Shown piece after piece: positions 39,671 through 52,000 of a stretch of DNA of 64,000 bases. The notes below the pieces were generated by a model. That model was not told the DNA's origin. It ran no database searches and worked only from the letters and a program-made list of their open reading frames with translations. The number at the start of each line of letters is the position of its first letter. Position 1 is the stretch's first letter. Position numbers and translations under genes: made by a program. This DNA comes from Phoronis australis (lineage: Eukaryota > Animalia > Phoronida), in NCBI GenBank assembly GCA_002633005.1, contig NMRA01000019.1:338057-402056 (forward strand), in the 5' to 3' direction.

Positions 39671-40800
39671 ATGACCAATAAACAACCCTAAAAGCACACC
39701 GTTTGCGATGCATTCGTGGGCGCATTTCAACGCTCCGCGTTGCTCTTGTAAAAAATTGTGAGAACACTACATTGATTGTAAACTTATGATGGACTAAGTT
39801 TAAATCTCCGTAGCGAACTAATTAGTTTGCATATTCTAACACGCAGTTTTTTGATCACTGGGAATAATTCATTTGCGTTTTGAAATCAACATAAAAAGGT
39901 TACAATTCCCTACTGCGGCACGTTGTCAACTATATCGCGACACAGATTCAACTATATCTTGGGCTTTTCGACTTTTGCTGTTCCCGTTTCGTTTTTTTAC
40001 ATTCTCACATGACTTGGAATATGTTACGACACGACTGGTTAATAACCCCGAGTATTTAATTTCTTGATATTACATGGGAAAATCAGAAAGTAGTGCAATG
40101 TAGAAATCCACTACGCCTTACATTTTATCGTCTGCAAAACACTAAAACAACCAAACGCGCGCCAACCAAACAATGCAGGAATTCCAAGAAGATGACAAGG
40201 TTATGATTGACAAAGAGGGTGTCGCAACTGTACGTACTCCAAGTCGGAAGGACATGCAAACAATTTTTTAAACAGACCCATTTTCGGCGACGAATTCCAT
40301 ATCCATGTTCATTCAAACTTAGACGAGCCCCAACTCAAGGAACGCAGCGAGACTGTCTAGCTGTGCTGTGTAAAGGTCAATTCAGTGCTCACACGCGAAA
40401 AGCCTTCCTGACTGTTATTTATCAACATTTTTTTAAGTTTTAATATTACAGCTTCAAAGACTATTTATTATATTCTAACTTGAATATTTGCTACGAAAGC
40501 TGAATGCAATTTACAGTTGTTGAGATTAAAATAAAACTATTAACAAAAAGTAACTGAATTACTTTACATTGCGCATGCGTGTTTTTACAAAAGTTGCGTC
40601 GTGTGGTTGAAAATTTTAGACATGTCGAGTTTTTCGGCAAAAAAAATCATTTTTACGGTTCATGTGAGAAAACAAATCCAAGCCGAAGGATTTTGACGGA
40701 ATTTCCAAGAGGTTTGCCCATGTCATCAACCTGAGACGAGTGTAGGATTCTCTGTTTCTGTGTACAGAACTTTGTGGTTTCAATCATGTCGTTGTTTCAG

Positions 40801-40986
40801 GATATCTACGTGATGTCTGTTATGGTATTTCTGGGACTCCAGGCTACCCAGTTTGCCGTGTCTTCTATTTGGGTGAAGCAGAAGAACATAAAATTGATAG
40901 AACAGATCGACTTTTACTCAATGATAATCATGGCTTGCGTCCTGTTATCCTTCAACATCATTTACGTGTTGTTCGTACTGACCACC
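40801..40986 (+). CDS. Cys-less pLGIC exon 7 (M3, very short loop, M4)
   Basis: Acceptor tgtttcag, donor ACC|GTGAGT; DIYVMSVMVFL...IEQIDFYSMII..FNIIY. Confidence 0.93.
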
Positions 40987-43023
40987 GTGAGTATACTTAA
41001 AACACTAGCCGTGGGCAAACCTGTACAAATATACAGCTTTGAAATTTTGGGAGTAAAATACTCGCATACTAAAATCGGAGACAAAATTAATGATATGAAA
41101 AATTACACTCTTCCTTGACTAAAGCAAAGCGGTTGCAGGTATTATGAATAATCGTTGTATCGTTATTCTTCTGCAAAGTATGTGGAGCCATTAAAGACTA
41201 TGCAACAGATTTCAGCGCCGTGAAGCGTCAAGCTGCATACTGTTTTAAGTGATTAATTCTATAATTACATGGGCAAGAAGTTCAATGTCGGCCCATATTA
41301 ATACAGGGGGCGCCCGTACTAAAGCGACAGAAGAAGTGGCACAATATTAATGATCACTGGGGGATGGGACGTTTTAAATTTGGCCCACGCATCTCACTAT
41401 ATTGATTTGGGGCTTCGCTCTTCTGTCGTTTTCGGCCGGGTATTGAAGTCAAGTGTAATGTGCCAGTTGGGTGGTTTATGCGCTGTACAATTTGTGGGAT
41501 TTACAATGCAGCAGAATAAGAGTACAAAGGTAAATTTGTTCGCTCCCATAAGTTATCGTATTTACTGAAAAAGAGATGAAGTTTTCAATGACTTTAATTT
41601 TGCTACAGCTTTGTACCAAGGCCAAAATTCTTCTGTATGGACGAAACGACGATACGGTTCTACTTCTTTATTTTAATTTGGAAGTGATCAGTAGATCCCC
41701 AGCTACACTGAAAGGTGCCTGTTTCTCGGACAGTATATTGTTTTTTGTCTTTTAACTTTAGCCTTAGCTGTACTGAAGCTTGGGCATTAGAGTGAACGTA
41801 GCGGCAGCGTCGTGCTGTGTGGTGTGCCACATTCCGTCAATGATATGGTTGTATTCTGTCACTAAGTGTAAAACACTCGATCACTCTGATAACAGCAACT
41901 GGCAGTAGCAAAGTGAGCACTCTGTATTAGACACGTAAAAGGTTAATATACACCTTACAAATGTGTGGGCTGCATGCACTAAACTTCATTGTTCAAGGTT
42001 CTACAGGTAATAACACTAAATGACTCTAAGAACTTACACAACTATCATTAGAACTTATTGTGTTTGCCACGTTTGGTAATGGTCAGCTGTTTCAAAGCAA
42101 TCATTCTGTAAATGACCATTACATAAACTAGTTTACTACATAGTTTATCAAAACATGTTTACATGCACTGGACGAGCCACGCCCTCAAAGCAAAACAAGT
42201 TGCTATCAACATAGACAATCTGCTAATAAAATAGTAATGTCAATAATACTATAAAACCAACATTCTACGTAAAATATGTCATGCATATACCACGGAAATC
42301 TGACTACGAACAGTTAGAAGTTCATTTTTTGTCTTTTCCGACTTTGAGTTCCAGACAGATATTTCTGACTCTCAGTCGTGACCTTAATGTTCGTGAAACA
42401 GACCAAAAGCCATCCCCAGATTTAATTCTATCCGAAAGTCGATAACAGAAGTCAATAGACTTTCAACTCCAAATTTAAAATCAATATTTCACAATAACAC
42501 AAGTCTTGAGTTGATCCTTTCGAGTTTATATTCGAATGTCAAAATCGATTTCGGCATTATTACTCTCAAAACTGTCCGTAGCTGTCAGGTGAAAAGTGAA
42601 TGTCGACCTGCCAAATATTTTTCAAATCCATAGTTTCCCCATCTGAAGGGTGCCTAAATTTCTTACTAAATTCCATCTTCCGGCTTGCAAGTGCTAAAGG
42701 TTAAGAAAAGACACGACTAAGCACAATACAACTCCAACAACCCAGCAAGTGCCTAGTTCTGTTGAGCAGCTTTATCGGCATGTTTTGGAAACCTCTGTCA
42801 TAGTGTTGACGTAATGACTTACATGTAGTTGTTAAACAATAATTAGTTAGGCTAGTGTTGTATATTATAACCACAGTCAAACGCGCAATTTGAAAATTAC
42901 CCACCTCAAAATGCGTCACTTGCTTGGAAATTACGTCCGGTTATCAATTACGGAACACGTGATTTACATTCATGCAAAGGTGCTTACCTAGGTTACATAG
43001 TTTACTTTAAAACGTATTTGCAG

Positions 43024-43152
43024 GCGATTGCTAAGCGGAAACGTCTTGGCATCATGGAGTCATCTGGTCACAGTCATTCGCATCGGGAGAAGAAAATAAG
43101 ACTTCAAGATGCAGGCGAACGACAACATTTGAATCCAAACAGAAGCGTCTAA
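43024..43152 (+). CDS. Cys-less pLGIC terminal exon (AIAKRKRLG...NRSV*)
   Basis: Acceptor tttgcag, phase 0, basic stretch after M4, TAA stop; AATAAA near 43508. Confidence 0.75.
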   Translation, partial: AIAKRKRLGIMESSGHSHSHREKKIRLQDAGERQHLNPNRSV

Positions 43153-44659
43153 CTCGGGATCTGAGCACGAAGTTGAATTATAGCATAATTATAATTCTGA
43201 ACTTTTGTTTTTAACGGTCTCATCTATATTTTCAGTATTGTACAATAATATTGAAAACAGTGTTGGGGTAGGATAGTCAGGTTAAAGTTGTGTGGAGGAT
43301 ATTAAAATTAATTTCAGCAACCCCTGTTAGTTTGTCCCGCATTGCAGCAGTGGACAGTTTCCGTCCCGCGTCATGACTTCACATTGACATTGGGTAGTGC
43401 GTTAGCAGCCACGTTGCGAATAGTGTTTACTTTACTAAATATGCAACCGCATTAAAGTCCTGGTCTCAAAATGCCCATGTGGTTCCAGTATCCGAAAATA
43501 GTTATTAAATAAAATCTTATTTTAGACACCCTTTCTTTATATTCTTTTCGCCTTTCTTGCCAAAAGCGATTTTTAACAGTATTTGACCAAGGAGTGTAGT
43601 AGAGTTGGAGAGTTCACTCCGCCATTGTGCCATTCGCCGCAATGGTTACCGGTCGAAACACTAGCGCCCCAAGCGGTGAATAATCAACACTTAGGAGCGC
43701 AGTCCGAACAATGTAAACACTGATAAATTCATACTTTAATGACATTCAACGTGAAATAAAATTACTGTGTGATTGAAAATGGTTATAATACATAAACTAA
43801 CATCCACTTATAATCGAATGAGAACGAAAATGTGTATTTTAATCAATATTAAATTGTTTTTGTTTTTATTCTCTTGAAGCTCCCTTCAAAATCTATCATG
43901 GTTTTGTTTCATGTTTGAGTTCTTATCAAGGCAATTATCGTTCCTTATAACAGTTCATACCTCCATGAACTACATAATTTGAATGATTGCTCCTGGGGGT
44001 TCAGAGGGGAATTCCCCACAGGTGCCAGCTAAGGGGGTATCAGGCAATAACCAGGTGGGCGCCAAATGGGTGTTGACCCCCTCCCAAGGGGGTTACATGG
44101 GAGGAGTGCTAAACGGGTAAAAACCAATTGGGTATGCCACAAGGGAGTTGAGCCCCTCCCATCGTCACACATTTTGGTTGCTCCTCTGACCATTGACAAA
44201 CATGTTGCTCCAGCTCACTGCTGGTTTCATCTCCACCCAACAATTTCCCATGGGTTCCCTATTCAATGCACCAGGATGCTATAGCAATACGAACAATTGT
44301 TTTGTGCAGTGGGTGTTGCACAAGTAAGAAGAAGAAACCAAAGCAATTCATCACTGCCACAAAATCGTAATATAATTTTAGAACATTCCATTATTTCTTA
44401 GACATGCCAGTATAGGGTAAACTCGATTCCACTCTCCCAATATAATCACCAACAGTTACAAGTCAGTTGCTAATCTGTAGAATAGCTCACAACTTACAAA
44501 ACGAAGTAACATTGAGTATATCTCTCATAACTAGTCCAAGATCAAAATGTCATGACAAAGGTACTGAACAGCAATCAAAATATTCACTACCCACATAGCT
44601 TCATACAAAACTGAATTAAAAAAGTGACTTGGATGATAAAACCAAAATTTAATGTTATA

Positions 44660-45728
44660 CATAGACGGATTTAGGGGGGCAGGGGGCCAGGGCCCACCAC
44701 CCCACCCCCCCCCCTCCTTGGCTGCCGCAAAAAAAAATAAAAAAGCAAGAGCGTAGGGAAATGTTGATTTTATTAATTAACCCAGGGAATTAAAATTATA
44801 CGGATAAAACAAGATTTAAATGTGCGCAGTTTTAGTGTTTGGGGGGTTGCTCAGATCCAATTTCAAGTGTCAAATACGGAACACGGCGCAATCGTAACGT
44901 AACTATGGCTAAGTATAGGCTCTCCCACGATATCCCTACGACTCCGTCACGTCGTCTGCTCCACTGTGCAATGAGGAAAATTTACTTCATTTTTTAAAGA
45001 AAATGGAACCTCAGTGACGATGAAAAAACAGAAGCTGCTGGTAAGATGTGAATTTTAATCGAAGCCTTAGTGAATCACTCAGAAACTCATAATTCCCTCT
45101 TTGTCAAACCTTAATTTAAGACGATTTCCAAAGCAATCCCGTCATTATTGCCAACACGAAAAACGGATTTGGTCTTTTGGGCATTTGAAGACTATTTTAA
45201 ATACAACAAATTTGTTACGAACCGAGTGCACAAAATATAAAACGTGTAATACGCATTACAAAAAGAAGAAAGTTTCGAGTGCAAACGCTGTAGACCATAA
45301 AAAGTAGGTCTCGTAGTATCACATGAGGATTTAAATCGTGGTGGTGTAGTGGTAAAGCACGCGCGCTCTATCCACCAGGTCGTGAGTTCGAGTCTTTGGG
45401 ATGTGTAGTTTTTCCTGTTTGACGTTCTACTTTTTTGCCTTTTTTTCTTGGATAATACTTCAGGAATCAAGGAAAATGCTTGATTTTTAGAGAAAAAACA
45501 GAAAATTTCCTGGGCGGGAGGGGGACAAACTCCCCTCCCGACCCNNNNNNNNNNNNNNNNNNNNNNNNNNNNNNNNNNNNNNNNNNNNNNNNNNNNNNNN
45601 NNNNNNNNNNNNNNNNNNNNNNNNCCCCCCCCCCCCATTCGGTGGTATGCGCGTCTACAATCGTGGGGTGCGCAAATGCTTACAGAGAAAATGTTGCCCC
45701 CCCTTGTGATATCCTAGATCCGCCACTG
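44660..45728. mobile_element. hAT-like MITE with 5-bp TSD, nested in the P-like element
   Basis: TIRs catagacggatttagg / cctagatccgccactg; TTATA on both flanks; spans an N-gap. Confidence 0.7.
45337..45400 (+). other. tRNA-like Pol III A/B-box segment (SINE head or pseudo-tRNA)
   Basis: TGGTGTAGTGG A box and GAGTTCGAGTC B box at tRNA-like spacing; no convincing cloverleaf. Confidence 0.5.
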
Positions 45729-47196
45729 TTATATACCCACTCTTCCTATAATCAATAACAGCAAGTATTTCAGGTAAGTTAAAGCCAGACCACAAGATCG
45801 TATCTGTTACACAACTGGGGCTTAAATTAATCACAATCCCCAAAAACGTACAAAATAGCCAACACATACACCAATACAACAAGAAAATCTGACCAACCTT
45901 GTCACTCTCTATTAATGCACTAGTAAACAACAACACTTTTCGCCAAAGAAATGCGTTATAAATAAAGCTGAAAACTAGTTTACTCACAGAGGTGTTTGTC
46001 ATCGAGAAGTAAAATGATACGGATAGCTTGGGTTTAACAAAATTTCAGCCCACCATTCAGACTCTGAAAGATCCATCAGTTTCACTTTGGGTCTCTCCAA
46101 ATGACAGGCTTAACCATTCATAAAATGTTTCAATCTGATCAACCTTAGTAAAATAGGAAAACCAGATTTTGACTAACTGTCCTCTCTACAAGTGATGTTG
46201 TAGTACTTGCTTAGTTTGTGAGACGATAATCAGAAATGCAAAAAAGTCTATTCCAGAGCTGTAATATAATTTCCGGAGAACTTTTTGACATCTTCACGGG
46301 ACATCAAATGTTGCTCGGGCACTCCAATCAATACTAGTTTGTTCTTCATTCATCAACATGGACTCTTCGAAGTGATGAGAGCAAACCTTGCAGTTCTTGG
46401 ACAAGTAGGCTGCATCTCTATTCATAAGGTCGGCTCCCACTAACAGCACTTGCACCTGAACAGAAATCAATGAGAGACTCGGGAACAAACCTCATACTCA
46501 CTAGGTTCGCAGAAGGCTGGTAGCCTAGTACACTAAACTACACTACACTACAGAATTCCTGTCGTACTGTGATTGTGGTAGAGACAAAAGCGTCTTGGTG
46601 TCAACAGAAAAAATAGGACTCAATGTCGGTCCACGGATATTTTAAGGGCCGCGCCCCTGCATCATTGGCATATAGAATTAAGTTTTCAATGACGCATTGC
46701 TTAACTTAATTGGTCCAACTGGCACATTAAAATTATGTCCATTTTTTCACCTTTTCACCGAGACCAACAGATTCTCTAACTTGACTCATGACAACTTGAG
46801 GACCTGTGGCTCTGATTGTGCCATGGCCGTGTCACCAGTCATAATACCCATGGCCATGGGTGATGTTTTCCTAAAATTATCATTGCGATCTTTTGGGTGA
46901 CATTTTCACCCCTCATGGAATTCATGAACTGCAAGTATCCAAAAAGCTGACGATGACATCGCACGTTCATCATAGTCCTTCCGCCGGAAGCCCGGCTGTA
47001 CAGTAGACCTAGCCTGCTACTGCAGACAACAGTGGCAACGGGACTGCGATCAACTTGCCTAACAACCATGAACAGAACACACAAAATGAAAGACAATGTA
47101 TCATATTATTGAATAACATATAATCCTTACCTTTCTGGATCCTTAGGGAACCTAAAAATGATACGTCTGGGGTTTTCGTGGATGAATTCATGCAAT

Positions 47197-49010
47197 GGGG
47201 CTATTCGGAAAATCTACAATAACTAGAGGGCGTGCGTGTACTAGTGGTGATAGATTAACAGCCTCGATTTCGCGAGCCCTTTAAATACATGGTAAAATGG
47301 CTTGCAGCCGTGCCAGCTGAATCTGAGATTGCGTAAAAAGGGTGCTTCTATGAGAGGAAGTAAGCACGACCTCATACAAAGGTAAGGTTTGTGATTATTT
47401 TTACGATTATTCCATGATTATTCTACCGATGCCTGTTAACTGAGGCACTCGCCGANNNNNNNNNNNNNNNNNNNNNNNNNNNNNNNNNNNNNNNNNNNNN
47501 NNNNNNNNNNNNNNNNNNNNNNNNNNNNNNNNNNNNNNNNNNNNNNNNNNNNNNNNNNNNNNNNNNNNNNNNNNNNNNNNNNNNNNNNNNNNNNNNNNNN
47601 NNNNNNNNNNNNNNNNNNNNNNNNNNNNNNNNNNNNNNNNNNNNNNNNNNNNNNNNNNNNNNNNNNNNNNNNNNNNNNNNNNNNNNNNNNNNNNNNNNNN
47701 NNNNNNNNNNNNNNNNNNNNNNNNNNNNNNNNNNNNNNNNNNNNNNNNNNNNNNNNNNNNNNNNNNNNNNNNNNNNNNNNNNNNNNNNNNNNNNNNNNNN
47801 NNNNNNNNNNNNNNNNNNNNNNNNNNNNNNNNNNNNNNNNNNNNNNNNNNNNNNNNNNNNNNNNNNNNNNNNNNNNNNNNNNNNNNNNNNNNNNNNNNNN
47901 NNNNNNNNNNNNNNNNNNNNNNNNNNNNNNNNNNNNNNNNNNNNNNNNNNNNNNNNNNNNNNNNNNNNNNNNNNNNNNNNNNNNNNNNNNNNNNNNNNNN
48001 NNNNNNNNNNNNNNNNNNNNNNNNNNNNNNNNNNNNNNNNNNNNNNNNNNNNNNNNNNNNNNNNNNNNNNNNNNNNNNNNNNNNNNNNNNNNNNNNNNNN
48101 NNNNNNNNNNNNNNNNNNNNNNNNNNNNNNNNNNNNNNNNNNNNNNNNNNNNNNNNNNNNNNNNNNNNNNNNAAAATATGTGAAACAGGCTAAAAGTGAT
48201 TTAACAATGTGTATTTTTCATGACACTTAAAATGTGCTTCTGATCTCAACAAATAAAATTCATTCTAGGTGTCAATTTTTTTCCAATGCAATGTTACGAC
48301 ATTTACTGAATTAAGGCTTATTCAAGTTAATTCGATAACTGAGCTGGTGGTCCTGGGGGTGGGGTCCACGATAAAATAAGGAAACTCACTCATCTAGAGA
48401 ATTTTATTGGAAAGAGCATAGTTTTGAAGAGAAACTGCAATGAAAAAGTCACTCTTGACTTCTGTGCATCACGTACCATACACCTCTTATTTTGGGAGCA
48501 CTGTCCCACCCAGGCCAATATGAATATGTGCTGCTAGCCTACCCGGCATCGGGTGAGCTTCCAAAAACAAACACTTAGTTCCACTCAATAAAACTGTTAT
48601 TCAGTGGGGTAACTGGTGGGGATAACATCACCGAACTTTGTTGATAGAAACTGATTGCTAAAAACTTACCAAGTAATGTTGTGTAGTCTCCGAATGGAAC
48701 TGCATAGTCATAGACATAGTCTATAGAGCACACACGGGGCTTCAGCATCCACACACTTTTTGTCAGTTAGTTGACCCTGTTGACCGTAATTGTCCACGAA
48801 TATAGAAACCTTAGGTCTTTTGGGAATTTCTGGCCACCTGTCGAAGACTTGCACCAGGGAAATTAGCAGCAATAAGGCTTAGCGCGACAACGTATTTTGA
48901 TAAAAATTCCATCTTTTACCAGTTGTTTACATGCAGACAGCCATGCATGCGCAATTTAATCACCACTAGTACAGCAGCGACACCGCGAGGAGAATTCTCC
49001 GAATAGCCCC
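47197..49010. mobile_element. ISL2EU-like non-autonomous element nested in the P-like element
   Basis: Perfect 13-bp TIR GGGGCTATTCGGA / TCCGAATAGCCCC with AT on both flanks; subterminal tgtactagtggtgat repeat; spans an N-gap; other pieces at 27059 and 61336. Confidence 0.75.
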
Positions 49011-52000
49011 ATTTATCGCACTGCAAAATGCGTCCTTCCCCATTGTTTTGGCGCTTCCTGGTTGTTCGTTGCTTGTTCACCACTTGGCGGCGCTAGTAGT
49101 AGCGGTAACAGCGAACTCACAAGTGAACTCTCCTACTCTACTACACTCCTTCATTTGACCCTTCTCTGTGAGGGTATAATTACCGGCTGTCATCGGTTAT
49201 TTCCGTACCCACATTTTGCATTGGTGTTTAGTTTATAAGTAGGGCGGTCGTACCCAGGAACCAATATGACTGAGTCGAACCAATTTTTTTCGTTTTGATT
49301 TTTTTCTCGTTTTGAAGTACTTTGCTATCATCGGAAAGTTAGTTACTCAGTAAAAATCGAAAAACTATCAAAATCGGGGCAAGCAGTGTAAAGTTATTGC
49401 AATTTTTGTGGCTAAATTTAAGTCACTGTTTGGATCGCGTTGGAGGACAGCGGTATAAGTTACGAGTTTAAAACTTTGTGTAAATTGTTTACGCCAACAA
49501 TTTACGGTGAAATTTAGTGAGACATATCCTTAATTAGTATTCTGCACGATTCAACAGTATTCACCAAATTTCAGCCTCGCAGTTGTTACTCATTAGTGAT
49601 AAATGTGCTCACAATTCCCATTGGACTTCGTCTCATTTCTGGCGGCACCGACAACGTTGCGACTTTTGCTGAACTGGAAGGCATGTTCAACCTGTTACTT
49701 TGTAATTTGTGAAGATTTAACGTTGATACATTTTGTCAAACGTTGCTACACAAAAGAAACTTTGTTCAATTTTCGTGTTTTTTGGTGCAAAAATATAAGA
49801 TATATTCGAATTATTTTACTGTGAATGTCCCATTCAGGTGATCTTGCACTAAGCTAAAAATAGTTGAAATAATTTTGAAATGGTTTTTGTTTCATTGTAA
49901 ACAGCTGTTCAAGGCTTGATTAGGTGTCACAAAATGATTCATATTTTTTTAAATTTTAAGTCTCAATTGCTTTCAAGTCATGTTTTGTAACTTATTGCTT
50001 CTTAATTCAGGTTATCAAGTCAACAATATGAATAATCTCAATTTAAAAAAATAAGATAATATTATGTTCCTTACATCTTCAATTTTTCTTAATCATGCTT
50101 GTCAAATTCTGGTGTAAGGAAACATTATTCGGTCACCATTGTAATAGTTGCATGTATGTCCACTTTCATATCATGGAAACATTTGCTGTTGAATAGTGTT
50201 TGTAATGCTAAATGTTGTAAAATATTGTGCATTTTAAGTTACTTATTATGTTAAAAAGTTGAATCATTTTGGCTTAATGAATAAAAAAATATAACATTTT
50301 GTATTGGACTTGTCATACTAATGTACTCGAACGAGCCCCCCCTATTTGGAGACTGGAAAAAGTTCTGCCTCCGTCACTGAAGCAAGAACTCCGAAAAAGT
50401 AGAAAACGAGACAAAAGTCCACTAGAGGGCAGGACGTACCAAAATTTGGCATCTGCAATTCATAGCTCTGAACATACCCAATGAATCTTATAGTAAAAGG
50501 TACACATTCTCAAAAATTCGAGCCCCCATTTTTAGGCTTGGTGCACTCATGCAAAGTCTGGGCAAATCTCTCTTCATGACGGCGTTCTCTCGTTCAGTGA
50601 CTTTACCAGACGTAGAGGGTTGTGAGCGTGTGATAACATCTAGCTCCTTTGTTAACTGCCAAGCACAGTCTTTTGTCTGGTATGACAACAGGCAGGCCAA
50701 TTTTCTACCAGTCTTCTTACAAACCACGTGTGAACACAGTCAAACACAGATCTTTCGGAAAGAATAGATTGTCGTAGCTTCGGTTGTAGTTGGGCGATTT
50801 TGGCGATTCAAAAACTAAACATGATCAGCATTTGGCGAGGAATTCCGAAATGATATTGATTTACGTTCAAACATGTTATAACTTTTGTTTTTAACAACAC
50901 AGCCCAGTCAGGCTTGATACCATCTTATTGGCGATTAGAGCAATTATCGAACAAAAGAGAGCTGGCCCTCCAACCATAAATGCCGGAATGGAGTTAATCA
51001 GTGGTGTAAGATATTGGCTACGGGGGTCATCTTCCCAACTACCGGTAGTTGTTGGGCTAAAGAATCGAACAAGTTGGGAGCAACGGGAAAATGCCGTCAT
51101 GTGAAAGCCCACAACCGTTTGCACAGTTCGCCAAAAGACCCCAATGTCTAAATAATTAACCTCGTTTGAGCGAGCGCTGTGGCCAGGGACCAGGTAGGCC
51201 TAAGGGTAGCCTTGGCGCAAAGCTGTATAAGAAGCTGTATTTTGACGATAGTCGTCATACTGCTCAGCTGGCTGGCAGGCTAGCTAACCTAGGGCTGCCG
51301 CGGCAGTGTGACACAGGACTAACCAGCCTGTAATTTTATGCAAGTATCTAAAATTAACTTTGTATGCATACGGCTTTCACTTCGACAAAACAGCTTGCAA
51401 CCGCATGCCTTTACCGATCGCCAGTGTCTGGTCTCGGTCAGCACCGTGGCCGATAAGCTGCGGGCACGAGTCTGACAAAATAATTTCTGTCAAAATTTAT
51501 TCGCCACATTTCGTCAGCAATTTCGATACAATTGTCAGTATTTTGATTTTATTAACGTTGAGGGGCGCTGTCGATTATTTTATCCCTGTTTGCAGGCTGG
51601 TAATAGACACTGTTCCAGTCGCACAGACGGCGTACCATCACCTCTGTTGGCCCGACCAGAGGCGATGCAGCTCCTATAGGAGCTCCATACGCAGGCAGCT
51701 TTTCGGCGAATTATGCCTCGCACCGACTAAAACACCAAAGTCACGTTGTTATAAATACCTTTTGCGCGTAAAGGAACACCTTATGAGGTCGTCGATGTGT
51801 TTAATTCCTTCCAACTCGAACAAATACTCCCGTTATCATACTTTTTCTTCGAGCAGTCCCTATTTCAGTTCCCAAAATCGTGAACTCAACATTTTCACTC
51901 GACGCACGCCAAGAGATTCTTTTAATCAGGCCGAAGGTCAGAAGTTGCGGTCCTACCGGCGAACTTTGAAAGCTGAAGTTCCCGCCCTTTGCGTACGTGC

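Larger units (their letters stand above)
37936..39749 (+). mobile_element. Helentron-associated non-autonomous element (HINE, DINE-1-like architecture) with central tandem array
   Basis: 5' tttttATGCGCCCAC with adjacent partial inverted repeat gtggacgtat; (GGCGTCC/GTCC)n microsatellite 37985-38040; ~150-bp tandem monomers; 3' subTIR GTGGGCGCAT, stem-loop caacgc-tcc-gcgttg, end ctcttgt. Confidence 0.88.
43588..49152 (-). mobile_element. Degenerate P-superfamily DNA transposon with THAP remnant
   Basis: ~30-bp TIRs caaggagtgtagtagagttggagagttcac / gtgaactctcctactctactacactccttc; 7-bp TSD ATTTGAC; THAP fragment KVCSHHFEES...ATFDVP at 46294-46460 (-). Confidence 0.85.

Noticed and set aside
45337-45400. 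Functional tRNA genes here and near 54460 and 58830
   Set aside because: A/B boxes are present but acceptor and anticodon stems do not pair well; all lie inside repeats
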